Below, one piece after another: positions 1-9,814 of a stretch of DNA of 64,000 nt (positions within the stretch are counted from its first letter, which is position 1; every line of letters starts with the position of its first letter). Source of the stretch: Candidatus Omnitrophota bacterium. Lineage in GTDB: Bacteria > Omnitrophota > Gorgyraeia > Gorgyraeales > Gorgyraeaceae. The notes under the pieces were generated by a model, which did not search any database, was not told where the DNA came from, and was given only the letters and a program-made list of their open reading frames with translations. The translations under genes and the position numbers were made by a program. The stretch covers positions 3,185-67,184 of the forward strand of contig JAPLMD010000042.1 of assembly GCA_026387235.1 (NCBI GenBank), written 5' to 3'.

Positions 1-1320
1 TGCCGCAATAAAAATCCTTTTGCCCTGGCATCCTTTGCGATCCTTGTCCAGCACATATCCCTCTGGCCCATATGAAATACGCCCATTGCCTCATTCAGAA
101 AACTGTGTATTTGTCTTTCCAGTATAGGCTCGAAATCCTTCTGCATTTTTCTTCCGGCTACTTCTACTATTATTCCCAGGGGCGCTGCTCCGCCGTCTTC
201 AATTTTATCGAGTTCCGGGCCTATAACTTCAATTTTCCCATCCTCTATCTTATCGGGTGGCACCATTTTTACATATTCAAACGCATCTGAGTATTTGCCT
301 CCAAATTGCGCAAACATCTGCTCCCGCCTTACTCTTTCGCCTTCAAAAGCCGGCGAATACGGCACAGGTATCGGTATTTCTGTAATTTTTATTTTCAAAC
401 CTCTTACTTCTATTGAACGCTGCGCTATCTTTTTATGGTCCAATTCTTTTACTACGTGCTCATAAGTACATATGCCGCTCGGCTTTATTTCAGGTATATC
501 TGTGTCGGCTATAATAGGAAAGCCCATATTGATTGCGCCTGCGCCTGTCGCATATTTAATATCATCCAGCTTTCCCAAGACCATGCCAAAGGCAAATACC
601 CTGTTCTGGCAGTATTTAAGACATTTGAGAGCCTCTCCTTTTTTATGGCCTCCGAATGTAAGTGCGCCCCTTATCGCCCAATTCAAAGGATATATGGCGC
701 TCAAGGTGTCTCTTCCGTAAGGTATTATATAAGTGTCCCAGCCCATTTCTACTTTTTCTTCAAGAAGCTGATCGATTATGCTTCTCCCGTTAACATTACT
801 GCCTACAAATGTCATTATGCTGCGCTTTTGCAATTCACGCACAATATAAACTGCTGTTTTATTGTCAGGCGCAGCCCCTAATATTGCGGCAAAGCCTGGT
901 ATCCTCCCATCTACAAGCTGAATCCCTAATGTGCGGAGAATTGTATCTGAAAAGAAGCCGTTACAATCTTTTTGCGGTTCCTGGCCATATAAATACCTTA
1001 GCGCCATTATTATTTCTTCGCACAATAGCGTTGCTACGCCTGAATCCAGGGTATCTCCCAAATAAGGCAGCCATATTTTTTCAGAAGGGTCGTCACGCAG
1101 AAGTGTTTTTGCAAATAATAAAACTCTTTTGGCATCACTTAGTTTTTTCACCTCTTCGCCCAGCAAAGCATAAGCCATTGGAAAATAAAAAGCAGTATCC
1201 GGGAATTTAATCTCGCAGGATTCGGTTTTTTCCTTGATCGAGTTTTCCAGGAATTCCTCAGCCTGCCTGTATATCTCTCTGGCGCCCCTTATAGCGCATG
1301 TTGCAATTATCTTTGACATG
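1..1320 (-). CDS. acsB: Acetyl-CoA synthase (CODH/ACS complex, AcsB/CdhC-type subunit). N-terminal ~440 aa; the 3' end runs off the window start.
   Basis: Not in the ORF track because it is truncated at the edge. Manual reverse-strand translation from the ATG at 1320 (preceded by GGAGGA) gives MSKIIATCAIRGAREIYRQAEEFLENSIKEKTESCEIKFPDTAFYFPMAYALLGEEVKKLSDA... then ...DGKIEVIGPELDKIEDGGAAPLGIIVEVAGRKMQKDFEPILERQIHSFLNEAMGVFHMGQRDMCWTRIAKDA. This matches conserved AcsB blocks (PDTAYYLPV..GEEVKKLGDL; DGKIEVIGPDID; RRIHDF.NYGEG.WH.GQR). The frame is open to position 1. Confidence 0.85.
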
Positions 1321-1323
1321 CTT

Positions 1324-1392
1324 CCTCCAAATTTACGAAGTAAATTTGATCCCGAGTCCGCCCTTTTTATTGCTACTGTGCGGCGAGGGACC
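1324..1392 (-). repeat. Structured leader/intergenic repeat, copy A. AT hairpin AAATTTACGAAGTAAATTT plus GC hairpin GATCCCGAG..GCGGCGAGGGACC. It fills the FNOR-acsB gap.
   Basis: Shares motif and arrangement with copies at 12456, 23606, 37009, 37092 and 44668. It sits immediately 5' of the acsB SD and ATG on the coding (minus) strand. Confidence 0.7.
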
Positions 1393-1394
1393 TA

Positions 1395-2684
1395 TTATAG
1401 CGTCATTATCGTCTCTTTAAACTCCGGTTCTTTAAACCCTCTTTTAGATTTTTTTATAAGAGGGGCGATTTTACCATAATCAAAATAGTCTTCTAACATT
1501 ATGTCTTTAATGCTGGTGACATCCGCCTTATTCTTAATCAAAGTGCCGATTATGCCTATATTTTCAATTGAATTTACAAATATAACACCCACAATAATAC
1601 CATCTTTTAAAACTATTTTTTTGTAAATATTTTTACCTGCATCTTTTTTAACAATTTCTTTATACCTATCGCTTTTCGGCTTTGTTATACCAACTGAAAT
1701 AACCGGCAATCCGAAAAACTCTATTGAATTCATTGCCAGAGACCCTTCGTATGTTTCATTTTCCCCGGTCATATTTAAACCGGCAATTCTTCCCTGCTCA
1801 CACGCAGCTGGCCAGATTGCATTTATAGAACTTTCTTCCAAGGCAATATCATTTGTTTCTGACACATCGCCTGCGGTAAATATATCTTCAACGCCTGTTC
1901 TTAAGCGCTCGTTGGCCAAAATACCCCAGCTTGTTTTTATACCGGCATCCTTTGCTATTTCAACATTCGGCGAAACACCTTTACCTATAATTACAAGCTC
2001 GCAATCGTGTTTCGAGCCATTATCAAGCGCAACCCCATCTACTGACTTAGCCCCTGTGATTTCTTTTGCAGCTACGCCTGTAAATATTTTTATGCCTCTT
2101 TCCTCTATGCGTTTCTGCATAATGCCAGCGGCATCCTTATCAATTATCTGGGAAAGTATAGAGCCTGATTTTACAAAAACGCTCACATTCTTGCCTCTGT
2201 TTTTCAATGCATACGCAGCGCGCAGGCCTATTAAGCCGCCGCCCAAAACAGCCACGCTTTTTACCTTATCCAGCATAGACTGGATCTCTGTAGTGTGTTC
2301 AATAGTTCTGAGAGGAAAAACACCTTTTTTATCTATGCCGGGTATATCTTCTAATTTTGGCGAAGCGCCTGTTGCAATAAGCAGCTTATCAAACTTTATC
2401 TTTTCTTTATTGCCGATGGCTATTTCTTTTTTCTTTATATTTATTTTTTCAGCCTTGATGCCAAGCAATGCTTCAACTTTATTATCTTTAAAAAAACTGT
2501 CCGGCTTGTACCAGATCTTTTTCCCATCAATAGTGCCTGCCAAAAGATAAGAAATAAGGCATCTTGAATAAAGCGGATTTTTCTCATCCGAGATAATAAT
2601 TATCTTTGATGTCTTATCTTTTGTCCTTATGGCTTCTATTGCGTTTATTCCAGCCGCACTGGAACCGATTATTACGTACTGCAT
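1395..2684 (-). CDS. FAD-dependent pyridine nucleotide-disulfide oxidoreductase (the FAD/NAD(P) oxidoreductase that accompanies CooS-CooF).
   Basis: N-terminal GxGxxG (VIIGSSAAG) and a second Rossmann motif (VLGGGLIGLRAAYAL); typical length of 429 aa. It lies directly downstream of cooS-cooF, as in clostridial cooS1-cooF-FNOR clusters. Confidence 0.75.
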   Translation of the reverse strand: MQYVIIGSSAAGINAIEAIRTKDKTSKIIIISDEKNPLYSRCLISYLLAGTIDGKKIWYKPDSFFKDNKVEALLGIKAEKINIKKKEIAIGNKEKIKFDKLLIATGASPKLEDIPGIDKKGVFPLRTIEHTTEIQSMLDKVKSVAVLGGGLIGLRAAYALKNRGKNVSVFVKSGSILSQIIDKDAAGIMQKRIEERGIKIFTGVAAKEITGAKSVDGVALDNGSKHDCELVIIGKGVSPNVEIAKDAGIKTSWGILANERLRTGVEDIFTAGDVSETNDIALEESSINAIWPAACEQGRIAGLNMTGENETYEGSLAMNSIEFFGLPVISVGITKPKSDRYKEIVKKDAGKNIYKKIVLKDGIIVGVIFVNSIENIGIIGTLIKNKADVTSIKDIMLEDYFDYGKIAPLIKKSKRGFKEPEFKETIMTL

Positions 2685-3136
2685 ATCTTTGTAAACTCCT
2701 TAAGAGTTCCTAAAAACAGCGACTTTGTCTGGCATGCTTCAACGCAAGCAGGTTTATCCCTGTCAGGACAAAGATCACATTTCAAGACTATCTTTTCCTC
2801 TCTTAATCTCGTCACTGCTCCAAAAGGACAAGTCATTATGCACATCCAGCACCCAACGCATCTATCTTTATCATGCTGCGTAAGAGCTGTTTTCTTATCC
2901 TTGTACATTGCGCCTGACATGCAGGCTGTTACGCACGCCGCATTTTCGCAATGATGACAGCCTGTAGATATAGAGACGCTCTCTTCTACGAATTCTGCTT
3001 TGCGTCTTTTGACAGGAAGAGGGCTTTCTGCTATAGATTTATTCAATTCTCTGGACTTAGAATGCTCTATAGCGCATGCAATCTCACAACTCCCGCATCC
3101 GAGGCATTTTTTAATATTGCAGTATATTTTTTTCAT
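2672..3136 (-). CDS. cooF: CooF-like 4Fe-4S ferredoxin (iron-sulfur electron-transfer subunit).
   Basis: Four CxxCxxCxxxCP-type cysteine clusters (CLGCGSCEIAC, CHHCENAACVTAC, CVGCWMCIMTCP, CDLCPDRDKPACVEAC). 154 aa. Adjacent to cooS. Confidence 0.8.
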   Translation of the reverse strand: MKKIYCNIKKCLGCGSCEIACAIEHSKSRELNKSIAESPLPVKRRKAEFVEESVSISTGCHHCENAACVTACMSGAMYKDKKTALTQHDKDRCVGCWMCIMTCPFGAVTRLREEKIVLKCDLCPDRDKPACVEACQTKSLFLGTLKEFTKICST

Positions 3137-5037
3137 ACTTTAGCGCATATCAGGGGTTTCAGTTTAAGCGCTTCTCGCTTCTTATCAATATGCTCTACCA
3201 TTAAATGAGCTGCTTTTATCGGATCGCCTTCAAATGCCCATTTCCCGCCGTATAGCGGCTCGATTTCATTACAGATATAATTTGTGACATTCTTACTTCC
3301 CATCACTCTTAACGGAGTGCCAATTACCACAAATATTCCGGATGCTACAAAATACCAGCCTATTGCAATTGCTTTTTCAGACATCCATTCAGGGGCAGCT
3401 CCTGCAACAGGAAGCTCATCTATGCTATTTCCAATGCCGCCTTCTTTTACCATCTCGCAGCAGGCAGTCAGTATCCTTGTATTGTCCACGCAAGAGCCTG
3501 TGTGTAAAACCGGCGGTATCCCAACTGTTTCGCATATCTCCTTTAGGCCGTCTCCGGCAAACTTGAAAGCAGCTTCCGGAGTTAAAAGGCCTGCTTTTGC
3601 GCATGCGCTCCCGGAACACCCTGTTTGCACAACCAGCACATCATTTTTTATAAGCTCCTTTACCATTTCTGCGTGGCAGAGGCCTGATTCATTTTTCGGA
3701 TTATCGCAGCCTATCACACCGGCTACGCCTCTTATCCTTCCGCTTATAATCGCGTCATTTAAAGGCCTGTATGACGGTCTGAAACTTCCGCCCAGGTTAT
3801 AAAAAATATTTTCCATTGTAAAACCAGCCACAAGCGTCATTTTTTCTTTTGGTATATTGACCTTGGAGCGATTTCTATTTTTATAATTTTCAATAGCGAT
3901 TCTTAAAATCTTTTTTGCTGTTTCCAATGCATCTTTTTCATGAAATTCTATGTGCTCCATGCCAACAAATTTTGCCTTGGGAGAAGTAGAAATAAGTTTT
4001 GTATGAAATGACTTTGCTACTTCCGGCAGGCTCGGCATTATACATTGTATATCAACAATCATTGCTTCTACAGCCCCTGTAATTATAGCCAGCTCCTGCT
4101 GCAGAAAGCTTCCAGCCATAGGCACGCCATGCCGCATAAGCACTTCTGCTGCAGTGCAGCATATGCCTGAAAGGTTTATGCCTTTTGCCCCGTATTTTTT
4201 TGCAAGTTCTACAAGCTCTTTGTCCTGGCTGGCTGTAACCATGATATCGGAAAGAATCGGCTCGTGGCCGTGCAAAAGAATATTGACCTCGTCTTCTTTC
4301 AATACGCCTAAATTCACCTCAGCTCGTATGGGTTCCGGGGAGCCGAATAAAATATCGCTCAGGTCAGTTGCTATCATTGAACCGCCCCATCCATCTACAA
4401 GCGAAGCCCTTATTGCTGATTCTAAAACATGCTTATACTCATTATCGCATCCTATGTGAGTCCTGGACATTGCCTGAACAACCTCTATATCAATACCCCT
4501 TGGATTGACATTTGTTTTTTTCCAGTTATCCCGCTGTTTCTTAGGGGCTCTCTTTGTCAGCGTTAATTCTCCTTCTTGCTGGCCGTATTCTTTTAAAATA
4601 ACTTCCCCAAGCTCTTCCGCAATTTTTAAATCACCTTTACCGTCTATTTTTATGCTGAATTCAACAGCTAGTTTCTTTAATTTCGCGGGGTCTTTTATAG
4701 AATAGTCCTTTACATGGCCTCTTCCCAGTTCAAGAAGCGTCCATGCAAGATCTCTGCCATGATCTGAATGACACGCAGCTCCTGCTGCAGCGTTACGGAC
4801 TAAATTTCTTGAGCTTATAGTATCTGCGTCTGCTCCGCACGCCCCCTTCTGAGCTCCTTCTCCGAACGGGTCTATCCTGCATGGGCCGAGGTTACAGATC
4901 TTGCAACACACCCCGAGCGTCCCGAATCCGCAATGAGGCTCCTGCTCCATAAAGCGGTCCCATACAGTAGAAATATTATTTTGCGCAGCTATCTCTAATA
5001 ATTTATCGTTAATAGGATTACCTGTTGGTTTTGCCAT
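3133..5037 (-). CDS. cooS: Anaerobic carbon-monoxide dehydrogenase catalytic subunit (Ni-CODH).
   Basis: 634 aa. The N-terminal cysteine-rich block CGFGTLGVCCKICNLGPCRI and the overall CooS/AcsA length and sequence character are diagnostic. Confidence 0.92.
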   Translation of the reverse strand: MAKPTGNPINDKLLEIAAQNNISTVWDRFMEQEPHCGFGTLGVCCKICNLGPCRIDPFGEGAQKGACGADADTISSRNLVRNAAAGAACHSDHGRDLAWTLLELGRGHVKDYSIKDPAKLKKLAVEFSIKIDGKGDLKIAEELGEVILKEYGQQEGELTLTKRAPKKQRDNWKKTNVNPRGIDIEVVQAMSRTHIGCDNEYKHVLESAIRASLVDGWGGSMIATDLSDILFGSPEPIRAEVNLGVLKEDEVNILLHGHEPILSDIMVTASQDKELVELAKKYGAKGINLSGICCTAAEVLMRHGVPMAGSFLQQELAIITGAVEAMIVDIQCIMPSLPEVAKSFHTKLISTSPKAKFVGMEHIEFHEKDALETAKKILRIAIENYKNRNRSKVNIPKEKMTLVAGFTMENIFYNLGGSFRPSYRPLNDAIISGRIRGVAGVIGCDNPKNESGLCHAEMVKELIKNDVLVVQTGCSGSACAKAGLLTPEAAFKFAGDGLKEICETVGIPPVLHTGSCVDNTRILTACCEMVKEGGIGNSIDELPVAGAAPEWMSEKAIAIGWYFVASGIFVVIGTPLRVMGSKNVTNYICNEIEPLYGGKWAFEGDPIKAAHLMVEHIDKKREALKLKPLICAKV

Positions 5038-5758
5038 CTAATGCCTCCGATAAGTTTTTTATAAATTCAGAATCCTCCGGCAACACGCCTCTTGAGTTTA
5101 AAAGCGATTCATCAAGGCCTATGTACCCCTGAACCCGGATACCTTCTAAATTTTTCTTTATAAAATCTTTGTCTTCTTTTGACCTGATTTTGTTTCCTAT
5201 AGCTGAAATCTCTTTTATGCCAAGGCCTTCGGCAAGCTGTTTTATTTTTTTGGCTGTATCAATTGATGTGCTATTCGGTTCTATAACTATTAAAAATTTT
5301 TCAACGGACTCGGCAGTGCCTCTCCCAAGATGCTCTATGCCTGCCTCCATATCAACTACTATAACCTCGTCCCTGTTTAAAAATATATGGCTCAATAACG
5401 CTTTTAAAAATGCGCTCTCAGGACAAACGCAGCCTGAGCCGCCTCTTTTGACAGTGCCCATCTCCATCAAAATCACATTGCCGCGCTTAGAAGAAAACTT
5501 GTCAGGTATATCATCTACCCTTGGGTTTAATTTAAAAAAGGCGCCTACCTCACCTGTCCTCTCCAGAATCAGTTTCTTGAGTTCAGAGATCGGCGCAGGC
5601 CTCTCTGAACTTGAAAAACCAAGGGTAGCCGCAAGGTTCGCATCAGGATCAGCATCTATTGCAATTACCTTCTTGCCTTGATTTTTAAAGAGCAGGACAA
5701 GCCCAGCTGCCACAGAAGTCTTCCCTACTCCGCCTTTTCCGCTTACTGCTATTTTCAT
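5018..5758 (-). CDS. cooC: CODH nickel-insertion accessory ATPase (MinD/ParA family; CooC/AcsF).
   Basis: Deviant Walker A at the N-terminus (MKIAVSGKGGVGKTS). 246 aa. Overlaps the cooS start by 20 nt. Confidence 0.85.
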   Translation of the reverse strand: MKIAVSGKGGVGKTSVAAGLVLLFKNQGKKVIAIDADPDANLAATLGFSSSERPAPISELKKLILERTGEVGAFFKLNPRVDDIPDKFSSKRGNVILMEMGTVKRGGSGCVCPESAFLKALLSHIFLNRDEVIVVDMEAGIEHLGRGTAESVEKFLIVIEPNSTSIDTAKKIKQLAEGLGIKEISAIGNKIRSKEDKDFIKKNLEGIRVQGYIGLDESLLNSRGVLPEDSEFIKNLSEALDGKTNR

Positions 5759-6621
5759 AATCCTGCAGCATTCAAAACTAAAGGAACTTTTTTATCCCAT
5801 CCTATGGGCATTATATGAACGCCCTGGCATATAGGTTTAAGTTCTTTAATAAGCCTTGCTGCTATCTCTATTGATTTTACGCTTTTATCCTTAGCCTGCT
5901 CCATTTCCTGTATCAAATCTTCAGGCACAAACACCCCTGCTACATTTTTATTCATATACCTTGCCATGCCAGCTGATTTTAAAAGCACTATGCCAGCTAT
6001 AATGGTCGTTTTTAAATGAGAGGCTGCTTTCAGAAATTTCTCAAAAAGATGCATCTCATAGATAGCCTGGGTCTGAAAAAACTGAGCGCCTGCTTCTATT
6101 TTTTTCTCCATCTTAATAATCTCAGGCTCTATGGGGTCTGCGCCAGGATTCACCACTGCTCCTACGCAAAACTTAGGGCTTCCTTTCAATTCTTTGCCCG
6201 CCATATCCTTCCCTGATTGCAAGCCCCTGATAGCCTCAAGCAATTGCATTGAATCCAGATCAAAAACAGGTTTTGCGCCAGGATGGTCTCCCAAGGCCGG
6301 ATGGTCTCCAGTAAGAGCTAGCACGTTCTGTATCCCAAAAACAGCTGCGGATAAAAGATCTGACTGGAGAGCCAATCTGTTTCTGTCCCTGCAGGTAATC
6401 TGAAAAACAGGTTCAAGCCCGCGTTCCAATAAGAGTTTGCATATTGCCAGAGACCCTGTCCGCATGACAGAGCTTTGAAGGTCTGTCACATTTATCGCAT
6501 CCACCCTGCCTTTTACAAGCTCAGCATCCTTTAAAATCTCTTCGACATCAATGCCTTTCGGCGGAGCTATCTCCGACGTAATAATGAACTTACCTGATTG
6601 TATTTTTTCGCAAAGCGCCAT
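5755..6621 (-). CDS. metF: 5,10-methylenetetrahydrofolate reductase.
   Basis: 288 aa with MetF family blocks (FSFEFFPPK-like region ITSEIAPPKG; LALTGDHP; GAVVNPGADP). Located inside the Wood-Ljungdahl cluster. Confidence 0.85.
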   Translation of the reverse strand: MALCEKIQSGKFIITSEIAPPKGIDVEEILKDAELVKGRVDAINVTDLQSSVMRTGSLAICKLLLERGLEPVFQITCRDRNRLALQSDLLSAAVFGIQNVLALTGDHPALGDHPGAKPVFDLDSMQLLEAIRGLQSGKDMAGKELKGSPKFCVGAVVNPGADPIEPEIIKMEKKIEAGAQFFQTQAIYEMHLFEKFLKAASHLKTTIIAGIVLLKSAGMARYMNKNVAGVFVPEDLIQEMEQAKDKSVKSIEIAARLIKELKPICQGVHIMPIGWDKKVPLVLNAAGL

Positions 6622-6634
6622 AAGCTTTTTCCCG

Positions 6635-7501
6635 TTATTTTGTTTGTTGTTGTTTAAATGCCTCGACTACGTTCCGCATTAAAATCGTTACAGTCAAAGG
6701 CCCTACGCCGCCTGGAACAGGCGTTATGTACGAGGCCTTCTCAAATGCCTTATCGAATTCCACATCGCCCACAATCTTGCCTTCAACGCGGTTGATCCCG
6801 ACGTCTATTACAATTGCGCCTTCTTTTATCCAATCGCCTTTTACAAGCCCGGCCTTTCCCACAGCCACTATTAAAATCTCTGCTTTTTTCACAAATTCAG
6901 GAAGAGTTCCTCTTTGGCCTGTGGCTATGTGGCACACCGTGGTAGTTACGAATTTATTTAATAATAACAGCGCTAGAGGCTTTCCTACGATTTCGCTGTG
7001 GCCTACCACAACTGCCTCTTTGCCGTATAGCTCAAGCGAATCTATGGAATTCAATAATTCCATGCAGGCAGCCGCAGTGCACGGCAAAATCTTTGCTTTC
7101 CCAAAAACAATCTCTCCCATGTTCTCAGGATGGACTGCCTCTATGTCTTTTAAAGAAGAAATGTATCTGGATATAAGCTTTGCGTCTATATGCTGCGGCA
7201 AAGGCATCTGGACTATGATCCCATGCGTTGATTTATCTTTGTTCAGAGAATCGATTATTTCTATAAACTCATCCTGGGTTATGCCGGCGTCTATCTTTTT
7301 CAACTCGTACGTTATGCCGAGATCCCTTGCTGTCTTCTCCTGGGACTTGATATAAATTTCCGAGGCAGGATTTTCTCCTACCTGGACGCTCACAAGCTTA
7401 GGGCCGGCCCCGTATTTATTCTTCAGCGATTCGATTTCCAGTTTTATATTTTCTTTTATTTTTAAAGCAACGCTTTTACCTTCCAACAACTTAGCAGGCA
7501 T
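6635..7501 (-). CDS. folD: Bifunctional methylene-THF dehydrogenase / methenyl-THF cyclohydrolase.
   Basis: 288 aa. FolD hallmarks present: GKxxVVVGRSxIVGKPLALLL-like block (GKEAVVVGHSEIVGKPLALLLL) and PVPGGVGPLTV. Confidence 0.9.
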   Translation of the reverse strand: MPAKLLEGKSVALKIKENIKLEIESLKNKYGAGPKLVSVQVGENPASEIYIKSQEKTARDLGITYELKKIDAGITQDEFIEIIDSLNKDKSTHGIIVQMPLPQHIDAKLISRYISSLKDIEAVHPENMGEIVFGKAKILPCTAAACMELLNSIDSLELYGKEAVVVGHSEIVGKPLALLLLNKFVTTTVCHIATGQRGTLPEFVKKAEILIVAVGKAGLVKGDWIKEGAIVIDVGINRVEGKIVGDVEFDKAFEKASYITPVPGGVGPLTVTILMRNVVEAFKQQQTK

Positions 7502-7503
7502 GC

Positions 7504-8103
7504 CTATACCATCCTTTCGCCGGTTTTAGAAATAGTTTTTTTATACAGATGAGATATGTCTTTTTTAAGGCCGCGGAGGACGATCCTTTCTTTTTCTACA
7601 AAAGAGGCGTCCTTTATGCCTTTCAGGTTTATCTCAGAATTGAACACACCTGATTCAAAACCTGCTTTTAGAAGCTCTGCCCCGCACCCGACATCTGTTA
7701 TTAAATTCACGTTTGATTTCTCTGCCAGATTTAACGCGATTGCCATTCCGGCTTTCGCCAATCCGCACATTTTTAAAGAGATACGATACCCTTGTTTTAG
7801 AGCATTCTCAATTATTTTTTCATCTTTTGTTTTGAACGCCGCGCATATAGAAGAATATATCTTCACATCCTCGTCTACTAAAAGCAGAAATTCCTCTCTT
7901 ATCTTTCTAAGTGATGTCAGATAATCGGCCACGGCTTCTTCTGTGTCCTTGTATTTTTTATTTCCTATAGTAAAATTGCACACCATTTCTAACAGGGCTG
8001 AGCCCATGGCTCCTGCCAAGCTAGCTGCGCTGCCGCCGCCTGGCGTGGGCTGCCTCGCAGCAAGGTCATCTATATATTTTTTTAAAGGTTTATTGACATA
8101 CAT
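7504..8103 (-). CDS. fchA: Methenyl-THF cyclohydrolase / formimino-THF cyclodeaminase family protein (FchA-like).
   Basis: 199 aa. The cyclodeaminase-domain signature PTPGGGSAASLAGAMGSALLEMV. Sits between fhs and folD, as in acetogen Wood-Ljungdahl clusters. Confidence 0.75.
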   Translation of the reverse strand: MYVNKPLKKYIDDLAARQPTPGGGSAASLAGAMGSALLEMVCNFTIGNKKYKDTEEAVADYLTSLRKIREEFLLLVDEDVKIYSSICAAFKTKDEKIIENALKQGYRISLKMCGLAKAGMAIALNLAEKSNVNLITDVGCGAELLKAGFESGVFNSEINLKGIKDASFVEKERIVLRGLKKDISHLYKKTISKTGERMV

Positions 8104-9812
8104 TAAAATAGCCCTAACACCTTTCCGTCCTTATCAATATCCACTTTAGTCCCTGCGGGCACGGACGGTAAGCCCGGCATCGTGCGCATCTCGCCGCACA
8201 ATGGGTATAAAAATCCTGCGCCTGCTGAAATCCTTACATCTCTTATAGGCAAAGTAAAATCCCTGGGCCTCGCCTTAAGCTCAGGGTCGTGCGAAAGCGA
8301 TAAATGAGTCTTTGCCATACATATGGGTAATTTATCATAGCCCAATTTTGTATAGCAAGATATCTTTCTTTCAGCTTCCGGCGAATAACTTACATCTTTT
8401 GCGCCGTAAATCTTTTTTGCTATCAGCTCTATCTTTTCTTTAATCGGCATATCCAGAGGATATAGAAACTTGAAGTCTGATTTTTTCTCGCACATCTTTA
8501 TTACAGCTTTAGCTAAAGCTACGCCGCCTTCGCCGCCTTTTTCCCATACCTCGCTTAAAACAGCATCCTCTGCCCCTGCTTTTACAGCTATTTCTTCTAT
8601 TGCTGCAATTTCTCTATCCGTATCATATAAAAACCTATTTATCGCAACTACTACTGGCACGCCGAATAATTTTATATTCTCAATATGTTTTTCAAGGTTA
8701 CTAGCGCCTTTTTTAACAGCTTCTACATCTTCTCTCTTTAAAGCTTCTGCATCTATCTTCTTGCCCGGCGCTGCCTTAAACGCTCCTCCGTGCATCTTAA
8801 GGGCTCTGACACTGCATACTATCACCACAGCATCAGGTGGCTTAAGGCCCGGTATCCGGCATTTTATATCCATAAATTTTTCCGCGCCGCAGTCTGCGCC
8901 AAAACCGCTCTCAGTCACCACGTAATCTGATAGTTTTAATGCTATTATATCAGCCAGTATTGAATTGTTGCCGTGCGCGATATTTGCGAAAGGCCCGGCG
9001 TGCATGATGCACGGGGTGTTTTCCGTCGTCTGAACAAGGTTAGGCTTAATAGCGTCTTTTAAAAGGACTGTCATAGCGCCTGCGCATTTCAGGTCCTCCG
9101 CTGTGACTGGCAAGCCAGCATAAGTAAAAGCCGCTATAATTTTTCCTATGCGGCTCCTCAAATCAAAAAGATCTTTTGAAAGCGCGAGTATTGCCATCAC
9201 TTCACTTGCAACTGTTATATCAAAACCTGTATCTCTTGGAATTCCATTTTCCTCTCCGCCCAAGCCAGTTTTTATCTGCCGCAAAGCCCTGTCGCTTATA
9301 TCCACTACTCTGCGCGTGATAATAGTATCGGGATTTATATTCAGCTTATTGCCTTTGGCAATGCTATTATCAATGAATGCCGCCAGGAGATTATTTGCTG
9401 CGCCCACAGCGTGTATGTCGCCTGTAAAATGAAGGTTTATATCTTCCATTGGCAAAACCTGGGAATAACCACCTCCAGCAGCTCCGCCTTTTATTCCGAA
9501 TACAGGCCCCATCGAAGGCTGGCGCAATGTGGTAATTACCTTTTTCCCGAGCTTATGCAGTCCTAGACTCAAACCAATAGTGGTAACTGTTTTCCCTTCT
9601 CCCAAAGGCGTCGGCGTAATGGCTGTTACGTCTATATATTTTCCAAAAGGTTTATCTTTAAGGCGGCCAAGTATAGAAAGGGATATTTTGGCTTTATACC
9701 TTCCGTATAATTCAAGCTCATCCTCTTTTATACCCATCTCTTTTGCAATCTCAGTAATAGGCTTAAGTTCTGCAGCCTGGGCTATTTCTAGGTCACTTGG
9801 AATACTCTTCAT
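8103..9812 (-). CDS. fhs: Formate--tetrahydrofolate ligase.
   Basis: SDLEIAQAA..., TPTPLGEGKTVTTIGL and PSMGPVFGIKGGAAGGGYSQV are diagnostic. The start is called at MKSIPSD (ATG at 9812 with GGAGG 5 nt upstream) rather than the track's 9824. Confidence 0.92.
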   Translation of the reverse strand: MKSIPSDLEIAQAAELKPITEIAKEMGIKEDELELYGRYKAKISLSILGRLKDKPFGKYIDVTAITPTPLGEGKTVTTIGLSLGLHKLGKKVITTLRQPSMGPVFGIKGGAAGGGYSQVLPMEDINLHFTGDIHAVGAANNLLAAFIDNSIAKGNKLNINPDTIITRRVVDISDRALRQIKTGLGGEENGIPRDTGFDITVASEVMAILALSKDLFDLRSRIGKIIAAFTYAGLPVTAEDLKCAGAMTVLLKDAIKPNLVQTTENTPCIMHAGPFANIAHGNNSILADIIALKLSDYVVTESGFGADCGAEKFMDIKCRIPGLKPPDAVVIVCSVRALKMHGGAFKAAPGKKIDAEALKREDVEAVKKGASNLEKHIENIKLFGVPVVVAINRFLYDTDREIAAIEEIAVKAGAEDAVLSEVWEKGGEGGVALAKAVIKMCEKKSDFKFLYPLDMPIKEKIELIAKKIYGAKDVSYSPEAERKISCYTKLGYDKLPICMAKTHLSLSHDPELKARPRDFTLPIRDVRISAGAGFLYPLCGEMRTMPGLPSVPAGTKVDIDKDGKVLGLF

Positions 9813-9814
9813 TT

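Noticed and set aside
72-1210. Plus-strand ORFs 72-290, 435-881, 472-720 and 809-1210 at the window start
   Set aside because: They lie antisense to a long, uninterrupted minus-strand frame whose translation is an unmistakable AcsB, so they are spurious shadow ORFs.
1912-2550. A 212-aa plus-strand ORF inside the FAD-oxidoreductase gene, and the many other plus-strand ORFs in the track that overlap minus-strand genes (for example 3284-3802, 8470-8925, 18760-19341, 22478-23110, 48178-48648)
   Set aside because: They are low-complexity, Ser/Pro/Leu-rich translations antisense to well-supported genes. They have no SD and no recognisable domains.
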